From Ignavibacteriales bacterium (GTDB lineage Bacteria > Bacteroidota > Ignavibacteria > UBA10030), in contig JAPLFP010000358.1 in assembly GCA_026390585.1 (NCBI GenBank), positions 17,659 to 81,658 on the forward strand: a DNA stretch of 64,000 nucleotides, given 5' to 3'. Below the pieces are notes generated by a model that was not told the origin of the DNA, made no database searches, and saw nothing but the letters and a program-made list of their open reading frames with translations. Position 1 is the stretch's first letter; every line of letters starts with the position of its first letter. Shown one piece after another: positions 44,085-54,583 of the stretch. The position numbers and the translations under genes are program-made.

Positions 44085-47000
44085 GGCTCAGACCCTCCTC
44101 GTTGGACGATTGTTCTTGCAGTTCATTTGGTCGCCTGAATCGCATCGGCGGACCGCCGGTTGGGGCGGCAGCTGGTTTCTTGGTCGCGAGGATCTTCTGG
44201 ACGAGGGCCGCGCGTTCTTTTGTAATCTGCTCCTGCATGAGTCTGTCTTCCTGAATGTCGAAATATTTCTTTCCATCGACCCAGGTCTGTTCACATCTCG
44301 AATACGTCGACAGCGGGTTGCCATTCCAGACAACGAAGTCCGCGTCCTTTCCCGGCTCCAGCGAGCCAACCCATTTGTCGATCTTGAGATGCTTGGCCGG
44401 ATTCAAAGTCACGAAATTGAACGCCTCTTCTTCAGGTATCCCATACTTGACAGCCTTGGCCGCTTCCCAGTTGAGTCGGGAAGCAAGTTGATCATTGTCG
44501 GAATTGTACGAAACGACAACGCCTTGTTGATGCATCAAAGGCCCATTGCCGGGTATGGCATCCCATGCTTCGATTTTGTATGCCCACCAGTCGCTGAACG
44601 CCGAACCGGCAACACCGTGTTTTGCCATGACGTCAGCGATTTTGTATCCCTCCAGGACATGCTCAAAAGATGCGATGCGGAAGCCGAAGTCCTCAGCGAC
44701 CCGCAGGAGCATGAGGAGCTCGTCCTGGCGATACCCGTGAGCGTGAACGTCACGCTTTCCTTTCACGATTTCCAGGAGACAATCGAGTTCGAGATCCCGT
44801 GGCGGAGGAATACGAAGCTTGTTCTGTTCCCACTCTTTCCATGATCGCTCATAGTCCAGAGCGGCGTTGAAGCGGTCTCGTATCAACTGCTCAACACCCA
44901 TGCGCGTTTGAGGATAGCGGGCAGAGCCCCCTCTCGGGGTCGCAAAGTTGCTCTGTTTGACATTCTCACCCAGAGCGAACTTCACACCGGGCGGCGCACC
45001 TGTGAGCAACAGATCTTCAAGCTGAGCCCCCCAACGCCACTTCACGATAGCGTTTTGTCCGCCAATCGGATTGGCCGAACCATGGAGAACATTCGCCGCC
45101 GTGGTGCCACCGGCGAGCTGTCGATAGATCCATATGTCATCAGAGTCTAATACGTCTTCGATTCGTGTCTCACATGTGATCGCTTGTCCGCTCTCATTGA
45201 CGCCGCCAGCGACGGCAGTATGTGAATGAGAGTCAATAATGCCGGGACTTACATGCTTGTCGGTGCCGTCGATAACGAGAGCGTCTTTGGGCGCCGTGAG
45301 GTTCTGGCTGACGAGTACAATCTTTCCTTTCGTCACAAGCATGTCAGCATTCTGGAGCCTGCCCTGTGGGCCTTGCGTCCAAATCGTTGCGTTCTTCACG
45401 AGAATATTTTCAGGCTGATCTGGTAATTTCGTTCGACCGAATTCTGTCGGCGGAAATGTCACCGGCGATGTTGCCATCTCGGTTTTCTTTGGCTTGGTTG
45501 TGTCGGGCTCGTCCTTTGCCGGTTCTTTCCGAGTCGCTTTCCAATTGAGGAGGGATCCGTCCGGAACTTCAAGAATTCCATACATCTCTTTCTCGTTCGC
45601 GGTAGCAGACAGACGCACTGTTCCGGGGGCCTTGACTGAATCGCCAGGGAACGTCACTGCGAGCCGGCCGGCGTTGAAGGTGACAGATGAAAGACGAAGG
45701 TCGCGTCCCCGGAAGTTTATGGTTCCGGTGGGCTTCTCCACATCTCCTCTCAGCGTTAGTCGTCCGGTGTCGGAATCAACGCGCAAATCCCAAACGCCGC
45801 GCACATCCGCTGGTACAGCAATCTTCACTTCGTAGCGCTTACCGTCGATCCATACTTCCTGCACTTTTGTTTTTTCGGCGAAGAGATCGCCGTCGGTAAT
45901 GAGAATGTTGGCAAGCTTTCCCGGTTCGAGCGTGCCCGCCACCTTGTCTATGCCAATCCATTTTGCCGGCGTGGTTGTCAATGATGCCAGCGCTGCGTCG
46001 GCATTCAGTCCGCGTTCGACAGCTTTTCGGGCTTGAGCGAGAAACGTTCCAGGATCTTTGAGCTGCGCGGATGTGAGTGCAATCGGGATGCCAGCATTTT
46101 GGAGTCGGCCAGCGTTCTCAGGCGCCGCATCATAATGGCGCAGTTCCTCGAGCGTGAGGTTCATGGCTTCTTCCGGCGTGTCGACTGTCGGTGCTTCTGG
46201 AAAACTCAGCGGCACGATGATCGGAATTTTTGTTGCTCTGATTGCGTCGAGGCGACGGTACTCATAACCGCTGCCAAGAATCCACGTATTGAGAGAAAAC
46301 TCCTTCGCGATTTTCGCCACGCGAAAGAAATTAAGGTCGTTGCTCACATCAAAAATGAATGGAGTTTTCCTCTGAACGGCATCAGCAAGAGTCATGAGAG
46401 CCATGTTCGTCTCGGGGCGCTTTTGACCCGCGGAATTTTTCGCATATGCCTCCTGGGCTTTGCGGTACCAATCGGCGTCGTAGTACGACTGCCGGATGAA
46501 CGCAATAATCCCCATGAGCGAGTTGGGGTAACCACCCGAGAATCCGCCTGATTGCTCGAAGCTGACATGCTGTGCAACAGTACGTTTCAGAAACAGATCA
46601 CCCGCTGCCGCGTCGCCGAGGCTAACAAGTGCGCTGGTTCCACGGAATATTCCTCGCTGTGGAGTCACAACGGCCAGTGTGAAGCCCTGTGAGCGAAGCT
46701 TTTCAGCGGCCTTCGTATCGGAAACAAACTCCTGGTCGGCATCGAAATCGGCGTGCATCTTTGTATTCCAATGAGCAGCACCCTTTGGTTTTTCGGCTTG
46801 TTGCTGTGGGGCCGTAGAGAAGTCGAAAGGATTTCCAGAAGGTGCCTGCTGTGGTTTCGGCATGCCGATGTCGGAAGAGATCTCAATGAGGCCGGGGTAC
46901 AATGTGAGACCCTTCATGTCCCAGACCCGTGCGTCCGCCGGTACAGTGAGTTTCTCTCCAACAGCTTCAATGACCCCATTGCGGATCACCACAGTTCCTT

Positions 47001-47160
47001 GTGCGATGACTTTGCCCGGAGCTATGACAATCCGAGCATTCGTAAAGGCATGGATCGTTGGGGTGTTCTCGCGCAGGCCCGTCGTAGGAGCAATCTGGGC
47101 AAGCGTCCAGCTTGTTGCGAGCAACAAGACCATGAGAACGGTACACCATCGTCGAATCAT
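44071..47160 (-). CDS. secreted two-module amidohydrolase-family protein
   Basis: 1029 aa. Signal MIRRWCTVLMVLLLATSWTLAQ. The N-module has LYPGLIEISSDIG (no HxH). The C-module has the canonical VSPGIIDSHSHTAVAGG. Confidence 0.8.
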   Translation of the reverse strand: MIRRWCTVLMVLLLATSWTLAQIAPTTGLRENTPTIHAFTNARIVIAPGKVIAQGTVVIRNGVIEAVGEKLTVPADARVWDMKGLTLYPGLIEISSDIGMPKPQQAPSGNPFDFSTAPQQQAEKPKGAAHWNTKMHADFDADQEFVSDTKAAEKLRSQGFTLAVVTPQRGIFRGTSALVSLGDAAAGDLFLKRTVAQHVSFEQSGGFSGGYPNSLMGIIAFIRQSYYDADWYRKAQEAYAKNSAGQKRPETNMALMTLADAVQRKTPFIFDVSNDLNFFRVAKIAKEFSLNTWILGSGYEYRRLDAIRATKIPIIVPLSFPEAPTVDTPEEAMNLTLEELRHYDAAPENAGRLQNAGIPIALTSAQLKDPGTFLAQARKAVERGLNADAALASLTTTPAKWIGIDKVAGTLEPGKLANILITDGDLFAEKTKVQEVWIDGKRYEVKIAVPADVRGVWDLRVDSDTGRLTLRGDVEKPTGTINFRGRDLRLSSVTFNAGRLAVTFPGDSVKAPGTVRLSATANEKEMYGILEVPDGSLLNWKATRKEPAKDEPDTTKPKKTEMATSPVTFPPTEFGRTKLPDQPENILVKNATIWTQGPQGRLQNADMLVTKGKIVLVSQNLTAPKDALVIDGTDKHVSPGIIDSHSHTAVAGGVNESGQAITCETRIEDVLDSDDIWIYRQLAGGTTAANVLHGSANPIGGQNAIVKWRWGAQLEDLLLTGAPPGVKFALGENVKQSNFATPRGGSARYPQTRMGVEQLIRDRFNAALDYERSWKEWEQNKLRIPPPRDLELDCLLEIVKGKRDVHAHGYRQDELLMLLRVAEDFGFRIASFEHVLEGYKIADVMAKHGVAGSAFSDWWAYKIEAWDAIPGNGPLMHQQGVVVSYNSDNDQLASRLNWEAAKAVKYGIPEEEAFNFVTLNPAKHLKIDKWVGSLEPGKDADFVVWNGNPLSTYSRCEQTWVDGKKYFDIQEDRLMQEQITKERAALVQKILATKKPAAAPTGGPPMRFRRPNELQEQSSNEEGLSHETN

Positions 47161-47305
47161 AGAACCTCCTGATAGGTGGTGCTGATGGATTGATTGTGAA
47201 AGCGAGAATCTGGAAACAAGCTTTGTCGATCAGTATGGGGTGGAGCGCACGGGACAACGGTGCGCACACGTCGAAAAACGACTGATCACTCTGAAAGTTT
47301 CAACC

Positions 47306-47998
47306 TTAAGTCAATGTGCTGTTCTCAGCAAGGGAGTGCAGGCGCTTGACGCGCTTGTAGACCAGCACCTGCCATGAAATTGTGGCGTTTTCATAGATCA
47401 GCTCAAAGCCGTTGGAAAGCACCAGTGATCGGACCTCAACCCAATCGTGCCAGAAGGGGTGAAAACTCCAACGAAAGATGCTGGCAAGGGTCATATGCCC
47501 TCTGAACAGTATTTTCATGAGCAAGTTCTCCCTGGGATGGCTCAAGGCATAGGTTTGTCCGGTCTTTTCGGCCGATGTCCGCACGAGACGCTCTACGTCT
47601 TCGTAGCAACAAACCACCTTGTCGAGAATGGTGACATCGCTTTCAGGGATCGATGGGGAGAGTTGAGTAAAATCGCCGGCAACGTAGTCCGTCTTCCCGG
47701 TGAGTCCAAACTCCTGCGCAAACCGTTTTGCCTCGCGAAGCATTCCTTCGGACATGTCGACTCCGACAGAATGTTTCGCACCTTCTTTCAGAAGTGTCAG
47801 ATGCAGCGACCCGACGCCGCAACCGATGTCGAGCACTGAACTTCCTCCGACAGGTTGTAACCTGATCCCTTCGAGCAAATACTTCTGGACAGGCTCAAGC
47901 CCACCTCTGCGGAAGCGCTTCGCATAGATAGTTGACCATCGGGAGAAGAAGGAACCCGTTCCGCAGCAGGATCCGCCTGGAACACAGCAAGAGTCCAT
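47306..47998 (-). CDS. class I SAM-dependent methyltransferase with Cys-rich N-terminus
   Basis: Start at ATG 47998 (MDSCCVPGGSCCGTGSFF). SAM motif I VLDIGCGVGS. The 55 upstream codons in the ORF track are unlikely to be coding. Confidence 0.75.
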   Translation of the reverse strand: MDSCCVPGGSCCGTGSFFSRWSTIYAKRFRRGGLEPVQKYLLEGIRLQPVGGSSVLDIGCGVGSLHLTLLKEGAKHSVGVDMSEGMLREAKRFAQEFGLTGKTDYVAGDFTQLSPSIPESDVTILDKVVCCYEDVERLVRTSAEKTGQTYALSHPRENLLMKILFRGHMTLASIFRWSFHPFWHDWVEVRSLVLSNGFELIYENATISWQVLVYKRVKRLHSLAENSTLT

Positions 47999-48048
47999 GA
48001 GTACGCGCTTTCTTGCTCTCTGTTGTAGAATGACTCCGAGAGAGAATC

Positions 48049-48507
48049 CTAAAGGACGAAATCCATCTCGTACAACTCGTAGTGAGAGGAATGCATCGCG
48101 AGCCGCTCGTATGTCTGTTTTGCGCGGATGTTCGTTTTCTCGACGTAGAGACGGAGGCCACAAACGTCTGGCGATGATTTCGCGAGCAAATGAATGTGCT
48201 CGAAAAGCATCTTGAACACGCCGATTCCGCGGGCAGCCTCCTCAACATATACACTCTGAATCCACCAGAACACACCGTTACGCCAGTCGCTCCACTCATA
48301 CGTGATCATGAGCTGGCCGACGACAACATTGTCACTTACGGCCACAATGTAGAAGCCCTTTGTCGGATCCCGCAAGACGGCTTCGACACCTTTGAGCAAT
48401 CGGTTCTGGTCAAGAGTGATTTGTTCGGTTTCGGAAGCCAACAGAGCGTTAAAGCGCACAATGGTGGGCGCATCGGAGAGAGTTGCCTGGCGAAGAGAGG
48501 CCTGCAT
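48049..48507 (-). CDS. GNAT family N-acetyltransferase
   Basis: Start at ATG 48507 (MQASLRQATLSDAPTIV). Acetyl-CoA-binding pattern VYVEEAARGIGVFKMLF. Confidence 0.75.
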   Translation of the reverse strand: MQASLRQATLSDAPTIVRFNALLASETEQITLDQNRLLKGVEAVLRDPTKGFYIVAVSDNVVVGQLMITYEWSDWRNGVFWWIQSVYVEEAARGIGVFKMLFEHIHLLAKSSPDVCGLRLYVEKTNIRAKQTYERLAMHSSHYELYEMDFVL

Positions 48508-48674
48508 TGGGTTGTGTGGTTGACTGTGGTAGGAAAAATGATTTTCTTGCCGCAAGAGTAATTTAGCGCATCGCTGATAGAGAAGCAATCCGCGGCTCAG
48601 CCTTACAGCCGTGGGCACCCCTGCCACCGTGAGCTTTCTGCAATCTGACCTTCATATTCTGATGAGGAGAGACC

Positions 48675-51600
48675 ATGAAACACATCAGAATCCTCCCGAT
48701 CTGCCTTTTGGTCTGTTTCGCCGTGACCTTGCCTGCTCAGCAACAGAAGTTGGAAGTAGTCGCGAACTCACCAAAAGGAACGACACAGAGCCTTGATCAA
48801 TCGCAGACAGTTTTCGTCTGCTTTAATCAGCCTATGGTTCCCCTTATGGAGGCGCCGCAAGATGAGGATGTGGGACCGATGCTCCTTGTGCCGAAAGTAC
48901 GAGGCAAATATCGATGGATGGGTACCAAGATGTTGGCGTTCACTCCGGCAGACACCCTGCCCCCTGCGACGGCTTTCAAAGTATCGGTGCCCCGGGGGAC
49001 AAAATCTCTTTCGGGACAATCCTTGGATCAGGACTATTCGTGGACCTTCGAGACCCCGCGACCGACGGTGGTTCAATTCAATCCGGATACGGCAGACCTC
49101 AATGCGCAGTTCTTCCGCTATGGTCTGACCAAGTATGAAAGGGTGATTCTCTTAAAGTTCAACATGCGCATCGATCCGGGGTCTCTGGCCGACTTTATTC
49201 AGTTGTCTGAAATCTCAAAAGGGTCTGCCATAGCGGTGCCGTTTAGCTTACGACATCCAACGGAAAAAGAACTGAGTTCATCTTGGCATTGGACGCCATT
49301 TGATCACTCGATCGTTGTAATTCCAACGCAACCGCTCAAGCCGCTACGCCAGTACATGGTCTGCTGCAAAGCGGGTCTCCGCACAATGCAAGGCCCGCTC
49401 GGGATGGAATCGAATTTTGAATTCTCATTTACCACGCCGAGAAAGCTTGCAATTACGAGCATCGGGAAGGGCAAAGGTGGGTGGGGTGGTGGTGAGGTTG
49501 CCGTAAGGTTTTCCAATCCACTCGGTTCCAATTGGAACATCGGCCAAGATAAAACCTTCCTTTTCAATCCGCCAATCGCCAGTAGCAAGCTCTCCTTTGG
49601 CACGGGGAGTGATTCCACCTTCTTAATCTATGGCCCATTCGAGCCGGATCGGGAATACACACTCACCATAGGGCGGGGCATCAAGGACATTTTTGGAGAC
49701 ACACTCGCGGAGACGTCTCACTTTGCATTTAAGACTTCACCAACGCCAACTTCTGTGTCGCTCGGTGGGCCTCATCTCGTCCGCGCTGATAGCGTATTCA
49801 CGTACCCCTTAACGTTTGTCAATGCTGACCAGGTGAGGATCGATGTGTATCAAATAGATCCGGATATTATCATACCCATCCTTCGTAACCTCGAAATCTT
49901 TTCCACGTCATATTCTCCCTGGCCTGAATTCCTCTTTTTTGATAGGGGGAATGTCTCTCCCCAGCAATGGAATCGTATCTACTCGAAAGAGTGGTCAATA
50001 CGGTCTGAGCGCAACAAACCGGTAATGCAGATGCTTGTTCTCAACGAGCTATCGAATGTGAACAAACGCGGAATCTTTCTTATTCAAGCAGACCTCTTCA
50101 AACAGGTTGGAGGCGACCGACGCTACCGACACAATCTTGTTCAATTCACCAACCTGGGCATTACTGCAAAGTTTTCTACGGACACGAATCTTGTTTGGGT
50201 CACAAGACTCAATGATGGTTCTCCGGTCAGCGATGCAAGTGTCGAAATACGCGGGGACAGTAATGTCGTTGCTTGGAGGGGTCGAACGGATCATCGGGGA
50301 ATTGTTCTCACGCCGGGTTGGCGTCGGCTCGGACTTCGTACAAAGTACTCGTGGGAAGAAATTCCACCGCAGTGGGTCATTGTCAAATACGGAGACGACG
50401 CAGCATTTGCGTCATCTGATTGGACCTTCGACATTCAACCCAAGGATTTCCGGCTGCAAGCGGTGGACACCCGTCGAGAAAGTCATTTCCGCGCGGTCAT
50501 CTTCACGGACCGGAATCTTTACCGACCTGGTGAACAAGTGCAGATCAAAGGGATCGTACGCCAGTTGGTCAACGATCGGCTGATCGTTCCTCAGGATGTA
50601 AAACTGCGCTTTGTGGTTTCGAACAACAGAAGCAAATCACTTCTCCAGGTTGAGCCTACGGTAACGGCCTTCGGGTCTTTTTCTGTAAATCTGCCGCTGG
50701 ACAAGGACGCCTCTCTCGGAAAGCACTGGATGACGTTGACCCGGATGAAACGGGCCGACGAACCTCGAGGGTATTACGATGAACCTTGGGAAACGATCAC
50801 AAGTGAACAATTTGAAGTGGAGATGTTCAAGTCATCGGATATCGAAGTCAAGCCAACGATCGACTCGAAACAATACATCATGGGTGATTCGCTGAGAGCG
50901 TCAATCTCTGCACACTATCTCTTTGGCGCACCTTACAGAAACGAGCCGCTTTCATGGAAGATCTTTCTGAAGCCGGAGAGTTGGCGGCCGCAGGGATTTG
51001 GGGAATATTTCTTCGGCTTGCTCCCATGGAAATCATCCCGACAGCAGAGATGGCGTCAGCCAGATTTTGAGCGAAAGGATACACTTGATGCCTTGGGATG
51101 TCGCCAAGTCGGGTACAAGATACCAACGGGTGTGTTTGACGGAACTCAATCGCTGCGACTTGAAGGCGAAGTCTTTATGAAAGACTATCGTTCCGTGGCA
51201 GGATCCGCGACAACGATTGTGCACAACGGAGAATTCTCTCTGGGCATTGCTCCCGGCACGACGTTCGCTTCAGAGGGAAAAGACATCAGTTGCAGATTCG
51301 TCGCTGTAAGACCCGATCAGCAAGTTCAAAGCGGTGTATCCTTCACCGCAAAGGTGATCCGAGAAACCTGGAGAAGAGAGCAGGAAAAGGATACAACTGG
51401 GAAAACCAACATCCGCTGGAAACTCCACGATAGCGTCGAAACAGTCGTTGGCCTACGGACATCCGACAAACCTCTCCGGTGGCAGTTCAAACCAGCGCAA
51501 GCAGGTTTCTATCTCCTTGAAGCTGAAGGGAAGGACGCACGCGGAAACAACGTACGCTCCCAAGCATATTGCTACGTCAGCGGCGTGGGGACTTCTCCCT

Positions 51601-54368
51601 GGAGCCGGAGCGATAGCAACCGCGTTGATCTCATCGTGGACAAACAAAAGTATGAACCTGGAGAAACAGCGCAGATTCTTATCCCTTCACCGTATCAGGA
51701 ATTTCAGGCGTTGGTGACGATCGAGCGAAACGGCATCCTAAGCCAGTTCACAAAAGCCTTCAAGGGAAATTTTCCGCAACTCAGCCTTCCCATGCTGGCA
51801 GAGTATGCTCCGAATGTTTTCGTATCGGTCGTACTTATTCCTTCTCGCGCAGAAGGAGTCCCTGCAAAAGCGGACAAGTCACTCCAGGGTTTTGTCATGG
51901 GCTATGCCAATCTGATTGTGACCCCGAAAGACAAACAATTGTCCGTCGATGTTCGTCCGAAGAATCAGAACTACCATCCTGGGGATACCGTTGACATTGA
52001 TCTTTCCGTGAAGAATGCCGCGGGGAACGGTACAAGATGCGAGATCACTCTGAGTGTTCCTGATCGTGCCATCTTGAACATGACGGACTATCGATTCCCG
52101 TCATTGCTCGATGCTTTTTATGTTCAACGTCCGCTGGGGGTGGAAACGGCCGATTCGCGGCTGCAGTATGTGGAACGCCCTTATCGTCGGAGACCCGAAT
52201 CTGTAGCGATGTATTGTATGGTGGTCGATGGCGAGGGTGATGGCAGAGCTGAACCGCGGAAGGAGTTCCGACCGCTAGCGTATTGGAACCCCGCGATTCT
52301 TACGGATGCCAGAGGGAAAGCGACGGTCAGGTTCAAGCTCGCCGACGATTTGACCGCATTTCAGATAATGGCCTCGGCGCAGACAACGCAATCGGAATTC
52401 GGATACGGAGAAAGCAGCTTCACGGTGAGCAAACCACTCCTGCTCAAACCGTCGCTTCCTCGGTTTGTCCGGGTGGGCGATGTGTTCGAGGGAGGAGTTG
52501 TGGTGCACAACTCCTCGCCGGACGAAAGAAACACGCGGCTTGCCGTGAGCGTCCATGGACTGATTATCAAGGGTGATTCTATCGCAGTCTGCACAGTCAA
52601 GCCCGGGGAAAGCAGAAAAATCCATTTCACATTTTGCGCAGCCAAACTTGGCGAGGCGACATTTGCTTTTGCGGCAACAGAGGAAACCCGACAACTTGAT
52701 GCGCTTCGATGGACGATTCCAATTGAGCCAAGCACGCAGCGCCAGACAATTGCCACCTACGAATCAACCGCCGATGAGAAGACGACCGAGCGCATTATCG
52801 TCCCGGCGAATGCCGATCCCGACGCGGGAGACATTGAAGCGCTCGTATCGTGCAGTGGTTTGGTGGGGCTCAACGATGCTCTTGCCTATTTGCTTAGGTA
52901 TCCATACGGATGCCTCGAGCAAAGACTCTCGGCTCTTCTTCCGTTGATCACAGCGAGCGACTTGGTACGGACTTTCGAACCGGTTGGCCTTCGCGTGTCA
53001 AATGTTGACTCCATTGTCATCACATCGCTGGGCAAGTTTAGAGACTATCAGCTGCCGACAGGAGGATACAGTTATTGGACGTCGGGCAGCGCGGCCAATC
53101 AGTACCTTTCTGCACTTGCAGTCTATGCTCTCGTTCAGGCAAAGCGCGCTCATTATGAAGTCGACACATCTCAGCTCAATCTCGGACTGCGTTATGTCCG
53201 CCTTCTTCTTGAGGGGAAAGAAAAGTCCCGATACTATACAGAAGGGGCGCTCTGGTGTACTCGAGCGCTCATCCTCTACACGCTTGCGCTGGAAGGTCAA
53301 TCCGATGAAAGGGAGATGGCAAGCATGTTCGCCATGCGGCCTCGCCTGCCGATGTTTGCGAAGACATATCTGCTGAAGTCGTTCCTGACCTCCAAGAATC
53401 ATGCGACGGAAGCAGCGCAGCTTGCCGATGAGCTTTCCAATCTCGCCAAGGTTTCCAGCGTTACGGCCCACTTCGAAGAACCGGATGAAACAGGATTTGA
53501 ATGGATTTTCCACTCCACTGCCCGGACCACGGCGCTTGTTCTCCAGGCCCTCATTGAAGTGCAGCCGAAGAACCCTCTGATCCCAAGGATTGTTCGCTGG
53601 CTCCTTGAACAACGTCAATACGGTCGCTGGCGGACAACGCAGGAGAATCTCTACACCATTGATGCTCTCGCGACATACTTCCGGACATTCGAATCCGGTG
53701 AGCCGGACTTGCGGGCTGTGGTCAGACTTGACTCCGTGATCATGGTCGATAAACAACTTGTCAGACAAAAGCTATCGGTTGCATCCGGGAGTTATCCGCT
53801 CTCGCAGCTCAAGGTGGGGAGAGACTATCCGATTCAGTTTGAAAAGAATGGGCGAGGGACTCTCTACTACGGTTTGAGAATGAACTTCTATCCCAAAGGG
53901 AATACGGTCGGCGCCGACGAAGGTCTTGCGGTCCTCAAGACGATCAGTGTGGTAGATACCTTGCTGGCCAGGTCTAGCTCCTATCCGCTCGGCAGTATCC
54001 TCAAAGTGCAGTTGACGGTCATTGCGAACAAAACGCGGACCTTCATTGTAATTGATGACCCGTTGCCGGCAGGATTCGAAGCAATCAATGAGAGGTTCAA
54101 GACAACGGCCTCGTGGGATCGCGATATTGATGATGAAAAGAGCGAATTCCAGCGGTGGTGGAGGCAGTTCCCGTTCAGCAACGTCGAACTCCGCGACGAC
54201 CGCGTCGTGCTTTTTGCAGATGATTTGCCGGCTGGGAGTCACACGTTCACGTATTTTGTTCGCACGACAAGCCGTGGGACGTTCTCTCTGCCGTCGACAC
54301 GAGCTGAGGGAATGTACGAGCCGGAGATATTTGGTCGGACTTCGTCGCAGTTAATAACCATACAATAA
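48675..54368 (+). CDS. alpha-2-macroglobulin family protein with thioester motif (not a predicted lipoprotein)
   Basis: 1897 aa. Signal MKHIRILPICLLVCFAVTLPAQQ. GAGGAG SD 5 nt upstream. Thioester GCLEQ encoded at 52908..52922 in YPYGCLEQRLSALLP. Bacterial A2M N-terminal MG-domain pattern. Confidence 0.9.
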   Translation: MKHIRILPICLLVCFAVTLPAQQQKLEVVANSPKGTTQSLDQSQTVFVCFNQPMVPLMEAPQDEDVGPMLLVPKVRGKYRWMGTKMLAFTPADTLPPATAFKVSVPRGTKSLSGQSLDQDYSWTFETPRPTVVQFNPDTADLNAQFFRYGLTKYERVILLKFNMRIDPGSLADFIQLSEISKGSAIAVPFSLRHPTEKELSSSWHWTPFDHSIVVIPTQPLKPLRQYMVCCKAGLRTMQGPLGMESNFEFSFTTPRKLAITSIGKGKGGWGGGEVAVRFSNPLGSNWNIGQDKTFLFNPPIASSKLSFGTGSDSTFLIYGPFEPDREYTLTIGRGIKDIFGDTLAETSHFAFKTSPTPTSVSLGGPHLVRADSVFTYPLTFVNADQVRIDVYQIDPDIIIPILRNLEIFSTSYSPWPEFLFFDRGNVSPQQWNRIYSKEWSIRSERNKPVMQMLVLNELSNVNKRGIFLIQADLFKQVGGDRRYRHNLVQFTNLGITAKFSTDTNLVWVTRLNDGSPVSDASVEIRGDSNVVAWRGRTDHRGIVLTPGWRRLGLRTKYSWEEIPPQWVIVKYGDDAAFASSDWTFDIQPKDFRLQAVDTRRESHFRAVIFTDRNLYRPGEQVQIKGIVRQLVNDRLIVPQDVKLRFVVSNNRSKSLLQVEPTVTAFGSFSVNLPLDKDASLGKHWMTLTRMKRADEPRGYYDEPWETITSEQFEVEMFKSSDIEVKPTIDSKQYIMGDSLRASISAHYLFGAPYRNEPLSWKIFLKPESWRPQGFGEYFFGLLPWKSSRQQRWRQPDFERKDTLDALGCRQVGYKIPTGVFDGTQSLRLEGEVFMKDYRSVAGSATTIVHNGEFSLGIAPGTTFASEGKDISCRFVAVRPDQQVQSGVSFTAKVIRETWRREQEKDTTGKTNIRWKLHDSVETVVGLRTSDKPLRWQFKPAQAGFYLLEAEGKDARGNNVRSQAYCYVSGVGTSPWSRSDSNRVDLIVDKQKYEPGETAQILIPSPYQEFQALVTIERNGILSQFTKAFKGNFPQLSLPMLAEYAPNVFVSVVLIPSRAEGVPAKADKSLQGFVMGYANLIVTPKDKQLSVDVRPKNQNYHPGDTVDIDLSVKNAAGNGTRCEITLSVPDRAILNMTDYRFPSLLDAFYVQRPLGVETADSRLQYVERPYRRRPESVAMYCMVVDGEGDGRAEPRKEFRPLAYWNPAILTDARGKATVRFKLADDLTAFQIMASAQTTQSEFGYGESSFTVSKPLLLKPSLPRFVRVGDVFEGGVVVHNSSPDERNTRLAVSVHGLIIKGDSIAVCTVKPGESRKIHFTFCAAKLGEATFAFAATEETRQLDALRWTIPIEPSTQRQTIATYESTADEKTTERIIVPANADPDAGDIEALVSCSGLVGLNDALAYLLRYPYGCLEQRLSALLPLITASDLVRTFEPVGLRVSNVDSIVITSLGKFRDYQLPTGGYSYWTSGSAANQYLSALAVYALVQAKRAHYEVDTSQLNLGLRYVRLLLEGKEKSRYYTEGALWCTRALILYTLALEGQSDEREMASMFAMRPRLPMFAKTYLLKSFLTSKNHATEAAQLADELSNLAKVSSVTAHFEEPDETGFEWIFHSTARTTALVLQALIEVQPKNPLIPRIVRWLLEQRQYGRWRTTQENLYTIDALATYFRTFESGEPDLRAVVRLDSVIMVDKQLVRQKLSVASGSYPLSQLKVGRDYPIQFEKNGRGTLYYGLRMNFYPKGNTVGADEGLAVLKTISVVDTLLARSSSYPLGSILKVQLTVIANKTRTFIVIDDPLPAGFEAINERFKTTASWDRDIDDEKSEFQRWWRQFPFSNVELRDDRVVLFADDLPAGSHTFTYFVRTTSRGTFSLPSTRAEGMYEPEIFGRTSSQLITIQ

Positions 54369-54507
54369 AGGCAAAGCCGAGGAGTTGTTACCGTAGATTG
54401 TTCGGGAAGGAGAAAGACTGTTCCGGGCTCAGGAAGTGATAAGGCCGCGTCGGCTCCCGGATAACCGCTCCGGTCTGAAGATGAGCCTCTTTCGCTCAAT
54501 CGTCGTC

Positions 54508-54557
54508 AAAGAAGAAAATCGCAGACCGCGGCTTCACCTCTCGAAGAAGCCGCGGTC
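54508..54557 (-). terminator. rho-independent terminator after the minus-strand A2M gene
   Basis: gaccgcggcttc (54524..54535) and gaagccgcggtc (54546..54557) form a 12-bp perfect stem. On the minus strand it is followed by TGCGATTTTCTTCTTTG. Confidence 0.65.
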
Positions 54558-54583
54558 AGTCGTTTCACACTGAGGCACTCACC

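Noticed and set aside
48675-48750. Lipobox in the plus-strand A2M (LLVC)
   Set aside because: Val at -1 and the continuation FAVTLPAQQ fit a standard signal peptidase I site better than a lipoprotein signal. This contrasts with the clear LSSC lipobox of the minus-strand copy.
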